Source: Lama glama (lineage: Eukaryota). From it: a stretch of DNA of 64,000 nt. The stretch is taken from contig CM052817.1 in assembly GCA_028534125.1 (NCBI GenBank), positions 49,912,001 through 49,976,000 of the forward strand. The letters run 5' to 3'. The translations under genes were made by a program, and so were the position numbers. Below the pieces are notes generated by a model, which did no database searches, was not told the origin of the DNA, and saw only the letters and a list, made by a program, of their open reading frames with translations. Position 1 is the stretch's first letter. Every line of letters starts with the position of its first letter. Shown here piece by piece: positions 61,901 through 64,000 of this stretch.

Positions 61901-63011
61901 TAGAACTCTCACACTTAATCTGTCACACTGTTTAGCATTGTACTTTCTTATGGTTTCATCTATGTCTAGCTAAATCAGATGAATTAAAAGACACTCCAGT
62001 GTCTGACTAATGGGGTAATGAGATTAAAAATCTAATTCCAAAAGCTATATGACAAAGCAAAACAATTCCCCTGGACTTCCATTTTTCACTTTTTAAATTG
62101 GTAACAATCAGAAATTTGAAAACTGCTATCTTGGCAAGAATGTAAGAAAGCACTCTCATACATCACTGGTGAGTGTATAAAATAATATAACCCATAATAA
62201 GGCAAATATAGCACTATATTTCAAATTTACAGATACATTTACACTCAGCTCAAATTATTTATGTACCGGATATTTATTCTGGCATTATTTATCACTGCCA
62301 AAGATGGGAACAATCCAGGTGTTCATTAATAGGAGACTGGAACATCCACACAGTGAAACCCATGCAGCTATTTTAAGAGAGAGAGACAGAGAGACAGAAC
62401 TCTCTTGCTAAGGCATACTTTATAATGAGACACTGGGAGGATCAACAGGGTACTGATAAAAGTGGTTACCTGTGTGGTGTGATGGGGAAATAAGATAATG
62501 GAATATTTTTAAAGTTATATTTTTCTTTTTTCTCCCACATTAGTATCTAGCTAAATCACAAATAATTGACTTCTGGGGTTTTATGTTATTACTAAAGGGA
62601 AGAAAATGTAAATGTTTTTGTTCTGAATATTTTTCTATAACAGAAATGGAATATCATTTACAATTTGGGACAGATGGACTATACATGGCAAAGAAGATTT
62701 CACCCTCTTGGATTTCATAAACGCAGTCAAAGTGAGACAATTATTCATTACAGTCGTTTTGAGTCTGTTAGTTTTTATGCATAATTTCATAACAGTTTTT
62801 ATAAATATTATATAGCAGGAGTTTGTGCTCTTTCTACTGGTTGTAATTCATTGTCACCCAGCATTTTATATTTGGATGAGGCTTTGATCATTTCTCTTTT
62901 GGGTATGCACTTTTAGGAGAAGTACGGAATTGAGCCAACGATGGTGGTACAGGGAGTCAAAATGCTCTATGTTCCTGTAATGCCTGGTCATGCAAAAAGA
63001 TTGAAGTTAAC
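1924..63011 (+). CDS. UBA6: UBA6 ubiquitin-like modifier-activating enzyme 6 (E1 for ubiquitin and FAT10), spliced CDS, exons 2-32, partial at both ends
   Basis: 31 exons with AG acceptors and GT (one GC) donors join in frame, 2952 nt. Translation matches recalled human UBA6 throughout ([67 protein letters not shown]). Confidence 0.98.
3180..3905 (-). mobile_element. LINE-1 ORF2 3' fragment, degenerate
   Basis: Minus ORF 3409..3612 [20 protein letters not shown]...IKKWA resembles the L1 ORF2p C-terminal region. Confidence 0.9.
6845..7303. mobile_element. Old LTR element (ERV/ERVL-type), subfamily uncertain
   Basis: TG...CA bounded ~460-bp block (tgtcagggtctaggattt ... ttttcccaca) resembling ancient eutherian LTRs. 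Confidence 0.5.
7805..8449 (-). mobile_element. Young 5'-truncated LINE-1 insertion with target-site duplication, partly hidden by the gap
   Basis: Poly-T before the gap; intact ORF2 C-terminal peptide [24 protein letters not shown]; identical flanks aaacctttcttctttgtt at 7787-7804 and 8450-8467. Confidence 0.88.
7815..8314. other. Assembly gap (500 N)
   Basis: Run of n; round length suggests a placeholder size. Confidence 0.99.
9429..9648. mobile_element. TcMar-Tigger MITE (MER2/MER2B-like)
   Basis: TA|cagtcatcc ... gggtcaactg|TA termini; internal inverted repeat cagtcagccctccgtatc / gatatggaggactgactg. Confidence 0.8.
11920..12250 (+). mobile_element. L3/CR1 LINE remnant
   Basis: aaggaactggagatgtttagcctggagaaagaagact...tcttcaaatgtttggagggctgtca, a CR1 3' signature. 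Confidence 0.7.
12740..13290 (-). mobile_element. LINE-2 remnant
   Basis: ccctgccttaaggaatttacaatct; ggaaaccactggagtttttaaagcagg motifs. Confidence 0.65.
13499..13729 (+). mobile_element. MIR SINE
   Basis: gcatagtggttaag ... ctgggttgaatcttgcctccact ... tctgcaaaaatgggaataata core. Confidence 0.8.
13790..14820 (+). mobile_element. Old LINE-1 fragments, sense orientation
   Basis: gagtacacattcttttcaag; actttggaaaacagcttggc; cccatttatataaagttc motifs. Confidence 0.6.
15898..15992 (+). CDS. UBA6: UBA6 exon 3 (95 nt) [31 protein letters not shown]
   Basis: catgtag| ... attg|gtaagc. Confidence 0.97.
16520..16548 (+). CDS. UBA6: UBA6 exon 4 (29 nt) [10 protein letters not shown]
   Basis: ctttatag| ... 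aag|gtaagt; needed to keep phase. Confidence 0.96.
16700..19770 (-). mobile_element. Old LINE-1 (L1ME-type) fragments filling intron 4, interrupted by a MaLR LTR
   Basis: gtgaaaccccatgtacccatca; attatttccagtctattgctattacaaatagtgctgca; gatagtgagaatccttgtcttaatcctgac motifs. Confidence 0.65.
17005..17575. mobile_element. MaLR LTR (MLT1-type)
   Basis: tatctattactgcaaaacaaactaccccaaaacttag ... gggtcaggaatcagg ... ggatcattggggctgtcttaga. Confidence 0.75.
19790..19884 (+). CDS. UBA6: UBA6 exon 5 (95 nt) [32 protein letters not shown]
   Basis: ttttgaag| ... acag|gtgacc. Confidence 0.96.
20444..20555 (+). CDS. UBA6: UBA6 exon 6 (112 nt) [37 protein letters not shown]
   Basis: ttttag| ... cag|gttagt; ORF 20406..20588. 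Confidence 0.97.
20745..21180. mobile_element. MaLR LTR (MLT1-type)
   Basis: ccattgggtaaagcaagtcatattgtcaagcccaaagt ... ggaaagtacactctgcc. Confidence 0.65.
21271..22218. mobile_element. MER21-like ERVL solo LTR
   Basis: gatcccacaggttaagggttcagtccc ... gaagagatgcatagaacaaggtatg ... cacaatatcaca terminus; TG...CA ends. Confidence 0.75.
23600..23712. mobile_element. Tigger/MER2-like end fragment
   Basis: ccattttatataagggtcttgagtatctgcagattttggtatcc...ggaaccaatcccctatggatacc; reverse-complement-like to the start of the 9429 element. Confidence 0.7.
23916..23996 (+). CDS. UBA6: UBA6 exon 7 (81 nt) [27 protein letters not shown]
   Basis: caacag| ... aag|gtaata. Confidence 0.97.
24300..25520 (-). 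mobile_element. LINE-2 remnant split by a Charlie insertion
   Basis: ttctctctgaagagatgacatttgaa ... gatcactctggc [insert] agaccagttaggag ... gaatgactcctagattttt. Confidence 0.65.
24905..25255. mobile_element. hAT-Charlie (Charlie1-like) DNA transposon derivative
   Basis: cagtagttttcagagtgtgg start; cccacataaacaaaagctctttggg motif near the end. Confidence 0.65.
26836..26958 (+). CDS. UBA6: UBA6 exon 8 (123 nt) [41 protein letters not shown]
   Basis: tcacag| ... caa|gtatga. Confidence 0.97.
28640..28830. mobile_element. hAT-Charlie MITE (MER33/MER3-like)
   Basis: tttatttaacccagtatatccaaaatgttattat...catactaagtcttcaaaatctagtg. Confidence 0.65.
28996..29119 (+). CDS. UBA6: UBA6 exon 9 (124 nt) [41 protein letters not shown] (FCCH)
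   Basis: ttttag| ... actg|gtaagt. Confidence 0.97.
32039..32142 (+). CDS. UBA6: UBA6 exon 10 (104 nt) [35 protein letters not shown]
   Basis: cttttag| ... ttt|gtaagt. Confidence 0.97.
33447..33509 (+). CDS. UBA6: UBA6 exon 11 (63 nt) [21 protein letters not shown]
   Basis: tcttag| ... gag|gtaaat. Confidence 0.96.
34060..34290 (+). mobile_element. MIR SINE just upstream of exon 12
   Basis: tgaccttgaagtcaagtcatttaacttctctaagcctcagcttcctcatctgt. Confidence 0.8.
34314..34390 (+). CDS. UBA6: UBA6 exon 12 (77 nt) [26 protein letters not shown]
   Basis: aaatag| ... tgg|gtaatg. Confidence 0.96.
34941..35007 (+). CDS. UBA6: UBA6 exon 13 (67 nt) [22 protein letters not shown]
   Basis: tcctag| ... 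aag|gtgaat. Confidence 0.96.
35150..35780 (-). mobile_element. LINE-1 remnant
   Basis: catcttttgaagagcagaagtttttaattttgataaagt. Confidence 0.7.
38411..38554 (+). CDS. UBA6: UBA6 exon 14 (144 nt) [48 protein letters not shown]
   Basis: tttcag| ... tgg|gttagt; ORF 38402..38641. Confidence 0.97.
39839..39906 (+). CDS. UBA6: UBA6 exon 15 (68 nt) [23 protein letters not shown]
   Basis: ctttaag| ... cacg|gtaata. Confidence 0.96.
40600..40678 (+). CDS. UBA6: UBA6 exon 16 (79 nt) [26 protein letters not shown]
   Basis: ctacag| ... tta|gtaagt. Confidence 0.97.
40802..41025 (+). mobile_element. MER58A hAT-Charlie MITE
   Basis: gcctgtttttataaataaagtttcactgcaacacagcca ... ccctttacagaaaaattttgccaacc. 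Confidence 0.8.
41051..41178 (+). mobile_element. tRNA-Ala-derived SINE (camelid Vic-1 type)
   Basis: ggggtacagctcagtggtagagcacatgcttaacatgcacaaggtcctaggttcaatacccactacttcca (A and B boxes) plus A-rich tail with aacctaattacccc. Confidence 0.85.
41901..41981 (+). CDS. UBA6: UBA6 exon 17 (81 nt) [30 protein letters not shown]-binding GxGxxG
   Basis: ccatag| ... atg|gtaagc. Confidence 0.97.
43200..44580 (+). mobile_element. Highly degenerate L1/HAL1 ORF1-region remnant
   Basis: A-rich; caacctagatttctatacctagctaaattatctttcaag resembles the L1 ORF1 3' part (RILYPAKLS-like). Confidence 0.5.
44606..44709. repeat. Tandem duplication: (CA)n plus a 34-bp unit, twice
   Basis: ccagggaaatgccagcttaaaaaaaagtgaatgt at 44617-44650 and 44676-44709, identical. 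Confidence 0.95.
44858..45063 (-). mobile_element. MER58A-like hAT MITE, opposite orientation to the 40802 copy
   Basis: ggggtctgcaaactttttct ... cagctctgccattgtagc ... tgttccagtaacatttatttacaaaaac. Confidence 0.75.
45492..45569 (+). CDS. UBA6: UBA6 exon 18 (78 nt) [26 protein letters not shown]
   Basis: tattag| ... cag|gtgtgt; E1 SNLNRQFLF motif. Confidence 0.97.
47097..47278 (+). CDS. UBA6: UBA6 exon 19 (182 nt) [28 protein letters not shown]...[13 protein letters not shown]
   Basis: gtttag| ... acag|gtatgt. Confidence 0.97.
48476..48581 (+). CDS. UBA6: UBA6 exon 20 (106 nt) [35 protein letters not shown]
   Basis: aaatag| ... cat|gtaagt. Confidence 0.97.
50096..50185 (+). CDS. UBA6: UBA6 exon 21 (90 nt) [30 protein letters not shown], catalytic Cys at 50126-50128
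   Basis: aattag| ... aag|gtaata; E1 active-site PxCTxxxxP motif. Confidence 0.97.
50293..50373 (+). CDS. UBA6: UBA6 exon 22 (81 nt) [27 protein letters not shown]
   Basis: ttatag| ... cag|gtaaaa; follows a 107-nt intron. Confidence 0.96.
50557..50634. mobile_element. MADE2 mariner-derived MITE (~80 bp palindrome)
   Basis: ggttgaactatgtggaattgc ... gcaattcatacggttcaacctaa terminal inverted repeats. Confidence 0.8.
51146..51274 (+). CDS. UBA6: UBA6 exon 23 (129 nt) [43 protein letters not shown]
   Basis: ttctag| ... aag|GCaagt (GC donor). Confidence 0.95.
51766..51892 (+). mobile_element. tRNA-Ala-derived SINE (camelid Vic-1 type) with TSD
   Basis: ggggagggtatagctcagtgatagaatgtgtgcttagcatgcacgaggtcctgggttcagtcgccagtacttcca plus tail; flanks aagtcttttaact (51753-51765) / aagtcttttgatt (51893-51905). 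Confidence 0.88.
52637..52688 (+). CDS. UBA6: UBA6 exon 24 (52 nt) [17 protein letters not shown]
   Basis: ctatag| ... ggca|gtaagt. Confidence 0.96.
52777..52840 (+). CDS. UBA6: UBA6 exon 25 (64 nt) [22 protein letters not shown]
   Basis: tgttag| ... ttt|gtaagt; follows an 88-nt intron. Confidence 0.96.
53828..53897 (+). CDS. UBA6: UBA6 exon 26 (70 nt) [23 protein letters not shown]
   Basis: caaaag| ... gag|gtaaga. Confidence 0.96.
55240..55311 (+). CDS. UBA6: UBA6 exon 27 (72 nt) [24 protein letters not shown]
   Basis: aaacag| ... aag|gtatgt. Confidence 0.96.
55330..56080 (-). mobile_element. LINE-2 remnant
   Basis: ggtaacatttgagcagaagcctgaaggaagtgagggagtgagc; aagccagtggagcattttaaacagagg. 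Confidence 0.75.
57820..57937 (+). CDS. UBA6: UBA6 exon 28 (118 nt) [39 protein letters not shown]
   Basis: taaaag| ... gcaa|gtaagg. Confidence 0.95.
59094..59287 (+). CDS. UBA6: UBA6 exon 29 (194 nt) [65 protein letters not shown]
   Basis: cgtcag| ... ttg|gtgaga; ORF 59069..59380. Confidence 0.97.
59993..60034 (-). mobile_element. Ultra-short LINE-1 3'-end insertion with TSD
   Basis: T-rich tail plus attgaagtatagttgattt between two copies of tgcttttattc (59982-59992, 60035-60045). Confidence 0.7.
60153..60280 (+). CDS. UBA6: UBA6 exon 30 (128 nt) [43 protein letters not shown]
   Basis: acctag| ... cag|gtatgt. Confidence 0.97.
60445..61872 (-). mobile_element. LINE-1 3' end (~1.4 kb, L1MA-type)
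   Basis: Poly-T then attgaagtataattgac; minus ORFs [22 protein letters not shown] and KWIKKMWYY match ORF2p C-terminal remnants. Confidence 0.92.
62644..62731 (+). CDS. UBA6: UBA6 exon 31 (88 nt) [29 protein letters not shown] (UFD)
   Basis: taacag| ... aaa|gtgaga. Confidence 0.97.
62917..63011 (+). CDS. UBA6: UBA6 exon 32 (95 nt) [32 protein letters not shown]
   Basis: ttttag| ... aac|gtaagt; terminal exon lies beyond the window. Confidence 0.97.
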
Positions 63012-63374
63012 GTAAGTGTCGGACATTATATGCAATAGATTCTCAAGAATTGAAACATAAGCTGAATGTACACTAGAGAATTAAATATAGAAGTTAATGA
63101 AGTTCAGATAAAATATGTGATTTACTCCTATCTAATGGCAGTAGTAAAGACATGAATCTACCAAGCTCCACAGGCTACCTATCAAGTGAGATTTATAGCA
63201 TTACAGTGCTCTTGTGAATTTATTGTAGTTCAGAGTCAGCTTTTAAGCTAATAGGCTTAGAAACCTGATTTGGTCAATAGACGAAGTAAAAGTAAATCCA
63301 CCTCTTATATGGGAACACACACAAAGACTAGGCTTATGAGGCTGAAGTGTTTTTAAAAATGCCAAATTATTATT

Positions 63375-64000
63375 TTCATTCATTTATTCAGGTTTTTTTT
63401 TAAGAATGGCTGCTATATGCCAGGTGCTTTTGTAAGCATTAGGGATACAGCAATGAGCAAAGCAAAGTTCCTGCCCTCCCTGAAGAGTTTGCACAACCAT
63501 TAGATATGTATGTCAGATGGTGGTAAGTGCTATGGAGAAATAAAGCAGAATAGGAGGTGTTAAGTTGGTACAGTTTATTGAGTAGTCAGGTATTCCCTCT
63601 GCCTGTCATATTTTCACCAGATAAGCTGGCATTTGAGCAGAGACCCAAAAGAAGAGAGGGAGCAAAAACAGCCAGTCTGTGCAGTGGTCTGCAAGCCCCT
63701 AAGTGATCTGGTTCCCACTTATCTCTCTAAGTTCCTTTCATACTTCTGTCCCCTTGTGTACAAGATTCCAGTTACTTTCCCTTGAACATTCCAGTCTTCA
63801 GCATGAGACTTTTGCTCTAGTTGTTCCATCTGTTTGCAACTCTTTCTGAGATGGCCATCTAACTCTCATCTCTGGTCTCTGGACTTCCTGAAGAGGCCTC
63901 TCTGAACCCTACTTAATATTAGCTTAGCATACCTAATCTAGCCCTTTTCTCTGCTCTACTTTTTCTCTCTTTCATAGCATTTATCACTGTCTTATATCTA
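63375..64000. mobile_element. Two LINE-2 remnants in opposite orientation (minus ~63375-63665, plus ~63680-64000)
   Basis: cattcatttattca...ggcatttgagcagagaccc then actttgctctagttgttccatctg...catagcatttatcact. Confidence 0.65.

Noticed and set aside
1..64000. CRISPR arrays, operons, nested genes, snoRNAs, U12-type introns, CpG-island promoter or any novel multi-gene system
   Set aside because: No repeat-spacer array, no long non-repeat ORF outside the UBA6 exons, no donor with the U12 RTATCCTT consensus, no CpG-rich segment and no convincing C/D or H/ACA architecture by eye. An Infernal/Rfam scan would be needed to exclude small ncRNAs formally.

Overview
AT-rich, CpG-poor mammalian genomic DNA, not prokaryotic. 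The window lies entirely inside one + strand protein-coding gene, UBA6 (ubiquitin/FAT10-activating E1). I traced 31 consecutive coding exons by hand (exons 2-32 in human numbering, 1924-63011). They join into 2952 nt (984 codons) of open, phase-consistent frame. This covers the inactive adenylation domain, FCCH, the active adenylation domain (VGCGAIG), SCCH with the catalytic Cys (PFCTLK, TGT at 50126-50128) and most of the UFD. Exon 1/promoter and the last exon are outside the window. Introns are filled with old transposon remnants (L1, L2, MIR, L3, MaLR/ERV LTRs, Tigger/Charlie/MER58/MADE2). There are also a few young insertions, including two tRNA-Ala-derived SINEs of the camelid type, so the source is probably alpaca or camel (inference). 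One 500-N assembly gap lies at 7815-8314. I found no evidence of a novel multi-gene system. The points of interest are splicing oddities (a GC-AG intron, an acceptor with no pyrimidine tract, an L1-derived in-frame alternative acceptor, a (TG)n(T)n acceptor), apparent substitutions at conserved residues, and recent retroposition footprints. Human comparisons and repeat family names come from recalled sequences, not alignments, and repeat boundaries are approximate.
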